A stretch of DNA of 40,701 bases, taken from assembly GCA_900551495.1 (NCBI GenBank), contig URWG01000001.1, positions 1-40,701 of the forward strand. Reading direction: 5' to 3'. Below the pieces are notes generated by a model. It worked only from the letters and a program-made list of their open reading frames with translations, was not told the DNA's origin and did no database searches. The position numbers were made by a program, and so were the translations under genes. Positions 27,379 through 36,558 of this stretch are shown one piece after another. This DNA comes from an uncultured Eubacteriales bacterium (GTDB lineage: Bacteria > Bacillota > Clostridia > Oscillospirales > Oscillospiraceae). Each line of letters starts with the position of its first letter. Position 1 is the stretch's first letter.

Positions 27379-27391
27379 CAACCGGAGGTTG
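27379..27391. promoter_or_regulatory. Candidate XRE operator palindrome
   Basis: CAACC-GGA-GGTTG about 80 nt upstream of the regulator start. Confidence 0.4.
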
Positions 27392-27397
27392 CGGCGG

Positions 27398-27607
27398 TCA
27401 GAGCGAAAAATCGACGTTGTCGTATTGTGAAAAATCCGCGGGCTTCCGACGGGAGGGGACACGCTTGAGCGGGTCATAGCGGAAGCGACGGCAGGCGTCG
27501 CTGCACGAAACAATGCCCTTGCGCTCGCAAATACACGAATCCTCGTTAAACCGCGCCGCGTGGACGCAGTACGAGCAGGAGCGTTCCATATCTTTTCTGA
27601 ACAGCAT
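27398..27607 (-). CDS. Small Cys-rich hypothetical protein (69 aa)
   Basis: MLFRKDMERSCSYCVHA..CICERKGIV..CRRFRYDPLKRVP..DFSL; RBS GAGGTGA; TATAAT on the minus strand at 27626-27631. Confidence 0.8.
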   Translation of the reverse strand: MLFRKDMERSCSYCVHAARFNEDSCICERKGIVSCSDACRRFRYDPLKRVPSRRKPADFSQYDNVDFSL

Positions 27608-27626
27608 TTCGTTCACCTCAAGAGCA

Positions 27627-28619
27627 TTATAGCGTACTTTTTCGAAGATTTCCACCACGATTTTTGCGGAAGGACGGAAAAATGATGCACAGGAGGCAAA
27701 GCGCGGCAGCCGCAGTGACGGAGAATACGCCGGGCTGCTGCCAAACAGGGACAAAAATCGCGGAAAGCAGCCCGTGCAGGAGCTTTTCCGTCAAATATCC
27801 GCGCGGATGCAGATTGCCCCAAAGTGCCATAGCCTGCAAATGGACACACAGCCCGCCCCAACCCATATAAAATGCCGCAGCGATCAGGGAGAAGGGGCTG
27901 CCCGAAAGCTGCATGACCCCGCTCGTCAGCTCCAGCAGCCCGAGAAACGGCGTGATCCGTGCGGCGAAGGGCAGCAGGCGCAGGAGCGACAGGATAACGG
28001 AAAACAGAATGACCGTGGCGCTGATTTGAAGCGACGCAGCGCAGGCACCGCCGATTGCGTCGGAAAAGGCGCGGGCGATCGAAGGGCGCTCCTGCGGCAG
28101 CCTGCGCACGCGGGGATTCGGCGCGTCGGGGAGGGCAAAGCACCTTGCGCAGAGAAGCGCCGTGACGACATGAACGGCATAGAGGCGCAGCCCCACGGCT
28201 GCACTGCCGAAGATTCCGTTGCCGAGCACGGCGATGAAAAACGCGGGACCCGAGTTGTTGCATATAACGAGGCAGCGTTCGGCATCCTGCCTTGTCAGGC
28301 GCCCGCTGCGGTAAAGGTCGCAGACGGCGCTGACTCCGACAGGATAGCCGCCGACGAAGCTCAGCGCCAACGGTGCGAGACATGACCCACTCAGTCCGAA
28401 CTGCCGCCGCATCAGAGTCTCCGTGCGCGGTCCTGCCGAGTATACCGCGAGCGAGGAACAGAACCGCGTCAGGACGAAGAACGGAAACAGCGCCGGCAGC
28501 AGTGAGGTCCCGCACAGCCGCAGCCCCTCGACCACGCCGCCCGACGCCGCCTGCGGAAACAGGAGCAGCAGCACCATGCCGCCGAGCAGCACCGAAATCG
28601 GAAAAAGGATTCCTTTCAC
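27627..28619 (-). CDS. ylbJ: Sporulation integral membrane protein YlbJ-like
   Basis: GLRLCGTSLLPALFPFFV, SFVGGYPVG, CNNSGPAF, GLLELTSG, GWGGLCVHLQ. Confidence 0.85.
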   Translation of the reverse strand: MKGILFPISVLLGGMVLLLLFPQAASGGVVEGLRLCGTSLLPALFPFFVLTRFCSSLAVYSAGPRTETLMRRQFGLSGSCLAPLALSFVGGYPVGVSAVCDLYRSGRLTRQDAERCLVICNNSGPAFFIAVLGNGIFGSAAVGLRLYAVHVVTALLCARCFALPDAPNPRVRRLPQERPSIARAFSDAIGGACAASLQISATVILFSVILSLLRLLPFAARITPFLGLLELTSGVMQLSGSPFSLIAAAFYMGWGGLCVHLQAMALWGNLHPRGYLTEKLLHGLLSAIFVPVWQQPGVFSVTAAAALCLLCIIFPSFRKNRGGNLRKSTL

Positions 28620-28624
28620 AAACG

Positions 28625-28686
28625 ATCACCCGTCGGAATATATGCGCAAGGTCGGCGATAATTGCGCATAGAATACCTCGGGTGAT
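28625..28686. promoter_or_regulatory. Symmetric divergent promoter region with sigma-E/K-type -10 boxes on both strands
   Basis: CATAGAAT (+, 28667-28674) and CATATATT (-, 28637-28644); inverted pairs ATCACCCG/CGGGTGAT and TATGCGCAA/TTGCGCATA. Confidence 0.55.
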
Positions 28687-28689
28687 AGA

Positions 28690-28953
28690 ATGAAACGGGA
28701 ACATAAATCGGTCAGCGAGCGGCTCGACCTGCCCGCGGAGGCGCTGTCGAATGTGCCGCTGGCGGAGCTGCACGGGAAACACCTGGCGTGCGTGGAGAAC
28801 CACTGCGGCATTGTGGAGTATACGCCGGAGCTGGTGCGCATTGCCGTTCGGCACGGCAGTATCAGCGTTCGCGGAGCCTGTCTGACGATCGCGCGAATGA
28901 CGCGGCGGCGCGTTGAAGTGCGCGGCACGGTGTTTTCGGTGGAGCTGGAATGA
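28690..28953 (+). CDS. yqfC: YabP/YqfC family sporulation protein
   Basis: LDLPAEAL..VENHCGIVEYTPELVRI..G.ISVRG..L.I; directly upstream of yqfD. Confidence 0.88.
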   Translation: MKREHKSVSERLDLPAEALSNVPLAELHGKHLACVENHCGIVEYTPELVRIAVRHGSISVRGACLTIARMTRRRVEVRGTVFSVELE

Positions 28954-30146
28954 TGGGGTGGCTGCAATTTTTACGGGGAGAGGCGCGTTTGCGCATTACG
29001 GGCGCCGTTCCGCAGGACTGCCTCAATGCGTTCAACGGCGAGGGGCTGGAATTTTGGGAAATCTGTCGCGAGGATGCGCTGCATTACTGCGTCAGCGTCC
29101 GACCGCGTGAGCTGTCCAAGGCGGAACGGCTGGGCTTGCGGACCTTCTGCACGGTCGAATGTCTTTGGCAGCACGGCTTGAAGCAGACGCTGTTTCGGGC
29201 GCTGCGGCGACCCGTGCTGCTGTTCGGCATGGCGCTTTCGCTGTTTTTGCTGTTTTTCCTGCAATCGTTCGTTTGGACGATCGAGATCGACGGCTGCGAG
29301 ACGGTACACCCCGAGACGGTCCGCCGCGCCTTGGAGGAGCTGGGGATCCGCTGCGGCACGCGGACGGACGACATTGCATACAAAGAGGTGCGCCACGAGC
29401 TTCTGAATCTCCTTCCGCAGCTTTCATGGGCAGCGGTCAACCGCTCGGGCGGTAAGCTCTGCGTGCTGGTGACGGAGCGGCAGGAGACGCCCTCCGCGCT
29501 GCCGCCCTATCCCGCAGCGAACCTGATCGCCGTGCGCGACGGCGTGCTGACAGAGGTATCGGTCTTGGAGGGGATGCGTCTGTGTGCCGTCGGCGACACG
29601 GTACACGCGGGGCAGACGCTCGTCTCGGGCGTGGAGGATTACGGGTTATACCTCCGCACGGTCTGCGCGCAGGGGGAAATCTACGGGCAGACATGGCGCT
29701 CGCAGACCCTCGTCACTCCGTCGGTACGGCAGGAAAAACGCTATACGGGATGCCAATGGAAGCGTGTGACCCTCGTCGTCGGAAGAAAAAGAATAAATTT
29801 ATGCGGAAACAGTGGAATTCCGGTGGCAACTTGTGATAAAATGATAGACGTGAAGGAAGTGACCCTCTCGGGTTATACCTTTCCCGTGCGGCTGGAAACG
29901 GAAATTTTCCGCGAATACGAGACATATTCCGTCCCAAAGCGGCGGGACACCGTGCAAAACGAGCTGACGCAGGCGTTTTTGCGCATGACGGAGGCGGGAA
30001 TGCTGGCGGGACGCGTTGAGGACGCGAGCTATCGGCTGGAAATCAGCGGGGAGCTTGCCGTGCTGCAATGCGAATGTACCTGCAACGAAATGCTGGCGCG
30101 GCTGTCCCCGATAAACGCAATTTACGAAGGAGAACCCCATGAGTGA
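28950..30146 (+). CDS. yqfD: Sporulation protein YqfD
   Basis: TM segment then FVWTIEIDG, LSWAAVNRSG, NLIAVRDGV..GDTVHAGQTLVSG; yqfC-yqfD-phoH synteny. Confidence 0.88.
   Translation: MMGWLQFLRGEARLRITGAVPQDCLNAFNGEGLEFWEICREDALHYCVSVRPRELSKAERLGLRTFCTVECLWQHGLKQTLFRALRRPVLLFGMALSLFLLFFLQSFVWTIEIDGCETVHPETVRRALEELGIRCGTRTDDIAYKEVRHELLNLLPQLSWAAVNRSGGKLCVLVTERQETPSALPPYPAANLIAVRDGVLTEVSVLEGMRLCAVGDTVHAGQTLVSGVEDYGLYLRTVCAQGEIYGQTWRSQTLVTPSVRQEKRYTGCQWKRVTLVVGRKRINLCGNSGIPVATCDKMIDVKEVTLSGYTFPVRLETEIFREYETYSVPKRRDTVQNELTQAFLRMTEAGMLAGRVEDASYRLEISGELAVLQCECTCNEMLARLSPINAIYEGEPHE
29834..29842 (+). promoter_or_regulatory. Candidate internal extended -10 promoter in yqfD for phoH-ybeY-era
   Basis: TGaTAAAAT preceded by an A/T-rich patch (29782-29802) inside an otherwise GC-rich gene; -35 weak. 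Confidence 0.45.
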
Positions 30147-31137
30147 GAGAATTATCAATGCCGAACGCATCGAGCAGATCATCAATGTATTCGGCTCGTT
30201 CGACGAAAATATCAAGCGCATCGAGCAGACCTACGGCGTAAAGATCACCAATCGCGGCACCGAGCTGAAGGTGAGCGGCGACGAGGAGGCGGCGGATAAG
30301 GGCGCCCGCGCGATTGAGGGGCTTCTGACCCTTGCGGCAAAGGGCGAGACGATCGACGAGCAGAAGGTCCGCTATCTGATCGACCTCGTATCCTCCGGCA
30401 ACGATGACAAGATCGGCGAAATGGCGAAGGATGTCGTCTGTATTACCGCGAAGGGGCGTCCGGTCAAGGCGAAAACCCTCGGTCAGCAGCGCTATATGAA
30501 GGCGATCCGAAAAAATACCGTTACCATCGGCGTCGGACCTGCGGGTACGGGCAAGACGTATCTTGCGGTCGCGGCGGCAGTTGCGGCGTTCCGCGAAAAA
30601 ACGGTCAACCGCATCATCCTGACACGACCTGCGGTGGAGGCGGGAGAGCGCCTCGGCTTCCTGCCCGGCGATTTGCAGAACAAGGTCGATCCGTATCTGC
30701 GCCCGCTGTATGACGCGCTGTATGATATGCTCGGCGCGGAGACCTATCAAAAATATTTGGAGCGCGGAAACATTGAGGTCGCGCCGCTGGCTTATATGCG
30801 CGGCAGAACGCTCGACGACAGCTTTATCATCCTCGATGAGGCGCAGAATACGACCCGCGAGCAGATGAAAATGTTCCTGACGCGTCTCGGCTTCGGTTCA
30901 AAAATCGTCATTACCGGCGACATTACACAGATCGACCTGCCCTCCGATAAGACCAGCGGCTTGAAGGATGCCGTTCGGATTTTGGAGAACATCCCCGACA
31001 TTGCCATCTGCCGTCTGACTGCCAGCGACGTGGTGCGTCATGCGCTGGTTCAGAAGATCATTGCAGCTTATGAAAGCGGCGAGAAAAAGCAGCTTCCCGC
31101 ACAGAAAAAGGTTTACAGAAGGAAGACCGAAAAATGA
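30139..31137 (+). CDS. phoH: PhoH family ATPase
   Basis: GPAGTGKTYLA, RIILTRPAVEAGERLGFLPGD, AYMRGRTL, LDEAQN. Confidence 0.95.
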   Translation: MSERIINAERIEQIINVFGSFDENIKRIEQTYGVKITNRGTELKVSGDEEAADKGARAIEGLLTLAAKGETIDEQKVRYLIDLVSSGNDDKIGEMAKDVVCITAKGRPVKAKTLGQQRYMKAIRKNTVTIGVGPAGTGKTYLAVAAAVAAFREKTVNRIILTRPAVEAGERLGFLPGDLQNKVDPYLRPLYDALYDMLGAETYQKYLERGNIEVAPLAYMRGRTLDDSFIILDEAQNTTREQMKMFLTRLGFGSKIVITGDITQIDLPSDKTSGLKDAVRILENIPDIAICRLTASDVVRHALVQKIIAAYESGEKKQLPAQKKVYRRKTEK

Positions 31138-31628
31138 AGCATCAAATTTACGTCCGCTATTCCGACAAGCGCGAGCGCAGCCCCGCGCTGACCATCCATC
31201 TGCACCGTTGTATCAACGCTGCGCTGGCGGAGCAGGGAGTCCATGTTCCGTGCGAGATTAACGTTCTCGTGACGGACGACGCAGGCATCCGTGCGATCAA
31301 CAGCGCTGCGCGCAATATCGACCGCGAGACCGATGTTCTTTCGTTTCCGATGTTTCAATTTACGGCGGGGGAGTTTCCGCAGGACGTTTCCGACCTGACC
31401 GACCCGCAGACGGGGCTGCTGCCCCTCGGGGATATGTGCATCTCGATCGAGCGCGCGAGGGATCAGGCAAAGCGCTTCGGCAACACGCTCAAGCGCGAGG
31501 TCGGCTATCTGACCATCCATTCGATTCTCCACCTGCTGGGCTACGACCACATGGATGAGGGAGAAATGAAGCGGCAAATGCGCACCCGCGAGGAGATCAT
31601 TGCCGCAAAGCTGGGGTTACAGAGATGA
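31134..31628 (+). CDS. ybeY: rRNA maturation endoribonuclease YbeY
   Basis: TDVLSFP, LGDMCIS, HSILHLLGYDH (H3xH5xH). Confidence 0.95.
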   Translation: MKHQIYVRYSDKRERSPALTIHLHRCINAALAEQGVHVPCEINVLVTDDAGIRAINSAARNIDRETDVLSFPMFQFTAGEFPQDVSDLTDPQTGLLPLGDMCISIERARDQAKRFGNTLKREVGYLTIHSILHLLGYDHMDEGEMKRQMRTREEIIAAKLGLQR

Positions 31629-32131
31629 TCGTATTTCGCAGAGCAATCGAGGCGGATATTCCGCTCCTGTCCGAGACGCGCCGCTCGGCGTGGGACGCGA
31701 CCTACCGCGGGATTTATGAGGATGAGCTGATCGATCGGTTCGATTACGAGGGGCAGCGCCGAAAGGATGCCAAACGCATTGCCGGGCAGACGGTCTTTCT
31801 GATGATGGACGGCGAAAGCTGCGCGGGGTATTTTTACTACGGCGCCTTCCCGAACGGGCTTTATAAGGATTTTACGCTTTGCCTGAATTCTCTCTACATT
31901 CTGCCGCCCTATCAGGGCAGAGGGCTCGGCAAGCGGGTGTTTGCGTGGATGCGCGAGGTCTGCCGCGTGCGCGGGCTGGACAAATTCTTCTGCGGCTGCA
32001 ATATTCATAATCCGAAGGCTCAGGGCTTTTACCGCGCAAGGGGCGGCGTCGTCGGCTTGATCGACGGCGGGCACGCCCGAAAAGCCGAGGACCAAATGTA
32101 CTTTGAATTTTACTTGGGAGAAATGAAATGA
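31625..32131 (+). CDS. GNAT family N-acetyltransferase
   Basis: WDATYRGI, LYILPPYQGRGLGK (motif A), N..AQGFY..RGG. Confidence 0.85.
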   Translation: MIVFRRAIEADIPLLSETRRSAWDATYRGIYEDELIDRFDYEGQRRKDAKRIAGQTVFLMMDGESCAGYFYYGAFPNGLYKDFTLCLNSLYILPPYQGRGLGKRVFAWMREVCRVRGLDKFFCGCNIHNPKAQGFYRARGGVVGLIDGGHARKAEDQMYFEFYLGEMK

Positions 32132-33015
32132 GCAAGAAATCTGCAATGATTACCATTGCCGGACGTCCGAACGTCGGGAAATCGACGCTGGTCAACCACC
32201 TTGTCGGCGAGAAGATCGCCATTGTCTCGCATAAGCCGCAGACGACCCGCAACCGTATCTGCGGCGTTGTGACGCGCGGGGATACGCAGCTTGTGTTCAT
32301 CGACACCCCCGGCTTCCACAAGCCGCGCACCAAGCTCGGCGACTATATGGTAAACGTCGTGAAGGAATCGGTTGCCGATGTGGACGTGATCCTGCTGATC
32401 GTGGAGCCGATCGCCAACATCGGACCGCAGGAGGAGGCGCTTATCGCGCAGATCAGGGAAAGCAAAATTCCCGCTATCCTCGTCATTAACAAGATCGATA
32501 CCGTTGAGGACAAGGACGAGCTGCTCGCCGTTATCGCGGCATATTCCGCCGCCTATCCGTTTGACGCCGTGATCCCCATTGCGGCGAAGTTCGGCGACGG
32601 TGTGCAGACGCTGCTTGCCGAGTGCGAAAAATACGCGTCGGACAGCCCATTCTTCTTCCCCGAGGACATGACCTCCGACCAGCCGGAGCGGCAGGTGATC
32701 GCCGAGATCATCCGCGAAAAGCTCCTGTGGAACCTCGACCGTGAAATTCCGCACGGAACTGCCGTTGAGATCACGAAGTTTTCCGAGCGGGATAACGGCG
32801 TGATCGATGTGGATGCGACGATCTACTGCGAAAAGGCAAGCCACAAGGGAATCATCATCGGCAAAAACGGCGTCATGCTGAAAAAGATCAGCACCGCCGC
32901 CCGCGAGGACTGTGAACGCTTTATGGGCACGAAGGTCTTTTTGCAGACGTGGGTCAAGGTCAAGGAGAATTGGCGCGACAGCGATTTTTTGATCCGCAAT
33001 TTCGGGTATCAATAA
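32128..33015 (+). CDS. era: GTPase Era
   Basis: GRPNVGKST, KPQTTR, DTPG, NKID, KH-domain KGIIIGKNG. Confidence 0.97.
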   Translation: MSKKSAMITIAGRPNVGKSTLVNHLVGEKIAIVSHKPQTTRNRICGVVTRGDTQLVFIDTPGFHKPRTKLGDYMVNVVKESVADVDVILLIVEPIANIGPQEEALIAQIRESKIPAILVINKIDTVEDKDELLAVIAAYSAAYPFDAVIPIAAKFGDGVQTLLAECEKYASDSPFFFPEDMTSDQPERQVIAEIIREKLLWNLDREIPHGTAVEITKFSERDNGVIDVDATIYCEKASHKGIIIGKNGVMLKKISTAAREDCERFMGTKVFLQTWVKVKENWRDSDFLIRNFGYQ

Positions 33016-33089
33016 GCTTCGCCAATTTTTACATCGGATTTTTTCTCCGTTCCTCCAAACGCTATGACCGATGAACGGAGGGCGGAACA

Positions 33090-33194
33090 ATGAAGAACGA
33101 AGCGTTTTGGGAGCTGTTTTTGGACACCGGCGCACCGGAGGCATATCTGCTCTATCGGCGCGGAGGGAAAACGGCGGCAGGGCAGCGGAAATAA
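33090..33194 (+). CDS. yqzL: YqzL-like small protein (34 aa), absent from the ORF track
   Basis: MKNEAFWELFLDTGAPEAYLLYRRGGKTAAGQRK (W..F..TG...YLLY); RBS GGAGGG; era-yqzL-recO synteny. Confidence 0.8.
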   Translation: MKNEAFWELFLDTGAPEAYLLYRRGGKTAAGQRK

Positions 33195-33218
33195 GGCTGC
33201 CCGCCGAGAAGGGGACCT

Positions 33219-33962
33219 ATGTACATCAAAACCAACGGCATTGTCCTGCGCGAAACGGAATATAAGGACAGCGACAAGCTCCTGACCGTGCTGACGCGCG
33301 ACCTCGGCAAGCGCACCTTTCGCGCCCGCGGGGTCAAGAGCGGGAGAAGCCGTCTGAAATCCGCGTGCCAGCTTTTTGCCTATTCGGAATTTACCGTGCT
33401 GGAAACGCACGAGCGCTGCGTCATTACCGAGGCAGTCACGCAGGAGATGTTTCCCGAGCTGCGGCAGGATATTGAGCTGCTGTCGCTTGCGTCCTATTTT
33501 GTGCAGCTGACGGATACCGTGGCGCAGGAGGGGGACGAGATGTCGGAGCTGCTCTCGCTCCTGCTCAACGCGCTTTATGCGCTGGCGAAGCTCAAGCGCC
33601 CGCAGAAATTGGTAAAGGCGGTCTTTGAGCTGCGGCTTGCCTGCATTTCCGGCTTTTTGCCCGATCTGCGCGGCTGTGCCGTCTGCGGACGGGAGGATAG
33701 CGACCGCTTCAATATTTCGCAGGGCGTATTGCAGTGCTCGGGCTGCCAAAGTGCGGAATCGGAGGGGATTCGGATGCCCGTTGGCGCGGGGACACTGGCT
33801 GCCATGCGGTTTATCGCAGCGGGCGACCCGAAGCGCCTGTTCTCCTTCAAGATTTCCGACCGCTCGCTGCGCGAGCTGAATGATATTGCGGAAAGCTACC
33901 TTACCATGCGTTTGGAGCGCGGGTTTTATACACTCGATCTTTACAAATCTCTGTTTTTATAA
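33219..33962 (+). CDS. recO: DNA repair protein RecO
   Basis: GIVLRETEYKDSDKLLTVLT..GK..ARG, FELRL..GFLPDL..CAVC..CSGC zinc finger. Confidence 0.95.
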   Translation: MYIKTNGIVLRETEYKDSDKLLTVLTRDLGKRTFRARGVKSGRSRLKSACQLFAYSEFTVLETHERCVITEAVTQEMFPELRQDIELLSLASYFVQLTDTVAQEGDEMSELLSLLLNALYALAKLKRPQKLVKAVFELRLACISGFLPDLRGCAVCGREDSDRFNISQGVLQCSGCQSAESEGIRMPVGAGTLAAMRFIAAGDPKRLFSFKISDRSLRELNDIAESYLTMRLERGFYTLDLYKSLFL

Positions 33963-33963
33963 T

Positions 33964-34104
33964 AGAATCTGTTAAAAAGCTCGAAAAGCTTTTTATAGCG
34001 CCAAAGGTGCGTCAGATTCTGCATGAGACGGCGCATCGTGCGTTCGCACGATGCGAGTGTGCGTAGCACATGGGATTCTTGATGAAATATTTTAATCAAG
34101 AATC
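33964..34104. repeat. Cluster of nested/tandem inverted repeats between recO and mutS2
   Basis: AGAATCTG/CAGATTCT enclosing TAAAAAGCT/AGCTTTTTA; CGCATCGTGCG/CGCACGATGCG; TGTGC-GTA-GCACA; GATTCTTGAT/ATCAAGAATC. Confidence 0.7.
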
Positions 34105-34122
34105 AGCATTAGAGGAAAAGCC

Positions 34123-36495
34123 ATGACGGAATTATATGAAAAATCACTGAAAAAGCTGGAGCTGGACGCGGTGCTCGCACAGCTTGCCGACTGCGCACAG
34201 AGCGCAGCGGGCAAGGAGCGCTGCCTCGCGCTTCAACCCATGACGGACGCGGACGACATTCGTCTTGCCTTGGGGCAGACGAGCGCCGCCTGCCGCCTTA
34301 TTTCACTCAAGGGCTCGCCGTCCTTCTTCGGTCTGACGGAGATCGCGCCGTCGCTGGAGCGTGCGGATCGCGGCGGCTGTCTGAATCCGACAGAGCTTCT
34401 GCGCATTGCCGCCGTTTTGAAGTGCATCCGCACGGCGAAGGCATACTATAACGGCGATTATACCCAAACGGTGCTGGACGTCTATTTTCAAGAGCTTTCG
34501 CCTAACCGCTATTTGGAGGAAAAAATTTCGAATTCCATCCTCTCCGAGGAGGAGATCGCCGACGCTGCGAGCGGTGAGCTTGCCGATATTCGCCGTCACA
34601 TGCGTATTCAGAGCGCAAAGGTGAAGGAATCGCTGCAAAAGATCATTTCCTCGCCGTCGTATTCCAAATATCTCCGCGACCCGATCATCACGCTGCGCGG
34701 CGACCGTTATGTCGTACCCGTCAAGAGCGAATACAAAAGCGAGATACCGGGGCTGGTGCATGACGTCTCCTCCACGGGCAGCACGTTCTTTATCGAGCCG
34801 ATGTCGGCGGTCAACGCGAATAACGCGCTGCGGGAGCTGCTGATCCGCGAGAAGAAGGAGATCGAACGGATCCTTGCCGAGCTTTCGGCGGAGGCGGCAT
34901 CCTTCCGCGAGGGGATTTGCAGCAGCTATGAAATGCTTGTGACGCTGGACGTCGTGTTTGCAAAGGCGCGGTATTCGCATAAGCTTGAGGCAATGGAGCC
35001 GGAGGTCCGCACCGATGCGCGCATCGAGCTGATTCGTGCGCGGCATCCGCTGATCGACAAAAAATCGGTCGTTCCGATCACGGTACGGCTTGGCGCGGAT
35101 TTTGATACGCTCATTATCACAGGACCGAACACGGGTGGAAAGACCGTCACGCTGAAAACGCTGGGCTTGCTGACGCTGATGGCGGAGTGCGGTCTGCATA
35201 TTCCCGCCGACCACGGCAGCGTCGTCTCGGTTTTCCCGCGCGTGCTGGCGGACATCGGCGATGAGCAGTCGATCGAGCAGTCACTTTCCACCTTCTCGGC
35301 GCATATGAAGAACATCGTCGAGATCGTCGGGCAGTGTGACAGTGAGACATTGGTGCTCTTTGACGAGCTGGGGGCGGGAACCGACCCCGCCGAGGGCGCT
35401 GCGCTGGCAACGGCGCTGATTGAATTTTGCCGTCAGTGCGGCAGCCGCGTCGCCGCAACGACGCACTACGCCGAGCTGAAGCTCTACGCCATGCGAACGA
35501 ACGGAGTAATGAACGCCTCGTGCGAATTTGACGTGGAGACGCTGCGCCCGACCTACCGCCTGCTGATCGGTATTCCCGGGAAGTCCAATGCCTTTGCGAT
35601 CTCCAAGCGCCTCGGGCTGTCCGACGTGATCGTTGACAAGGCAAAAAGTCTGGTCAACGAAAACGACAAGAATTTTGAGGATGTCCTCAATCAGCTGGAG
35701 CAGCAGCGGCAGCAGATGGAGCAGGCAAAGCTTGAGGCAGAGCGCTTAAAGCTCGAAACCGAGCAGATGAAGTCGAAATCCGAGGCATATTACGACGAGA
35801 TCAAGCGCGAGCGGGAAAAGGCGATGCGAACCGCCAGAGCCGAGGCGCAGGCGATCGTCGATCAGGCGCGGCGCAATGCCAACGAGGTCGCCGAGGAGCT
35901 GAAGCAGCTTCGAAAGCAGCTCAAAGACAGCGCCGACACGCAGGGCATCAACGCCAAGCAGACCGAGCTTCGCCGCAAGCTCAACGAGACGGAGGATGCC
36001 ATCATCGGCAAGGAAGCCACGCCCGAACGTCCCGCACCCACCCGCGCGATCAAGGTCGGCGATACGGTGGAGCTGCTGCGCTTCGGAACGAGGGCGTCCG
36101 TGCTGGCAATCAACGCCGACGGCAGCTATCAGCTGCAGGCGGGCATTATGAAGGTCACGGCAAAGCCCGACGAGGTATACCTCATCGAGGACGCGCAGCA
36201 GCAGACGAAGAAGATCGTCGAACGCGCCGCCCGCGAATTCCGCAACCGTCCCGCGCCGACGGAGCTGGACCTGCGCGGCATGACGGCAGGGGAGGCGGTC
36301 GCCGTGCTGTCGAACTTCCTCGACGGGGCGATGCTCGCTAACCTCTCGCAGGTGCGCATCATTCACGGCAAGGGCTCCGGCGTGCTGCGGAAGGCCGTGC
36401 AGGACGAGCTCAAGCACAACCGCGCCGTCAAGCGCTACCGTCTCGGCGTTTACGGCGAGGGAGAGGACGGCGTTACCATCGCGGAGCTTGCCTAA
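34123..36495 (+). CDS. mutS2: Endonuclease/ribosome-rescue factor MutS2
   Basis: GLVHDVSSTGSTFFIEP, ITGPNTGGKT, DIGDEQSIEQSLSTFS, DELGAGTDP, C-terminal Smr LDLRG..IIHGKGSG. Confidence 0.96.
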   Translation: MTELYEKSLKKLELDAVLAQLADCAQSAAGKERCLALQPMTDADDIRLALGQTSAACRLISLKGSPSFFGLTEIAPSLERADRGGCLNPTELLRIAAVLKCIRTAKAYYNGDYTQTVLDVYFQELSPNRYLEEKISNSILSEEEIADAASGELADIRRHMRIQSAKVKESLQKIISSPSYSKYLRDPIITLRGDRYVVPVKSEYKSEIPGLVHDVSSTGSTFFIEPMSAVNANNALRELLIREKKEIERILAELSAEAASFREGICSSYEMLVTLDVVFAKARYSHKLEAMEPEVRTDARIELIRARHPLIDKKSVVPITVRLGADFDTLIITGPNTGGKTVTLKTLGLLTLMAECGLHIPADHGSVVSVFPRVLADIGDEQSIEQSLSTFSAHMKNIVEIVGQCDSETLVLFDELGAGTDPAEGAALATALIEFCRQCGSRVAATTHYAELKLYAMRTNGVMNASCEFDVETLRPTYRLLIGIPGKSNAFAISKRLGLSDVIVDKAKSLVNENDKNFEDVLNQLEQQRQQMEQAKLEAERLKLETEQMKSKSEAYYDEIKREREKAMRTARAEAQAIVDQARRNANEVAEELKQLRKQLKDSADTQGINAKQTELRRKLNETEDAIIGKEATPERPAPTRAIKVGDTVELLRFGTRASVLAINADGSYQLQAGIMKVTAKPDEVYLIEDAQQQTKKIVERAAREFRNRPAPTELDLRGMTAGEAVAVLSNFLDGAMLANLSQVRIIHGKGSGVLRKAVQDELKHNRAVKRYRLGVYGEGEDGVTIAELA

Positions 36496-36558
36496 GCGAG
36501 ATAACGGCACATTTACATTTTTTATTGTGCCTTTGCATAGCAAAAATTCGGAAATCGG

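Noticed and set aside
27613..28854. 413-aa minus-strand ORF and other long antisense/shadow ORFs (e.g. 4029-5015, 5765-6718, 32110-33144, 34303-35214)
   Set aside because: They overlap well-supported genes, lack motifs and are expected in GC-rich DNA
36504..36533. Terminator after mutS2 (GGCACA..TGTGCC)
   Set aside because: Short stem with a long loop and weak T-tail; not convincing
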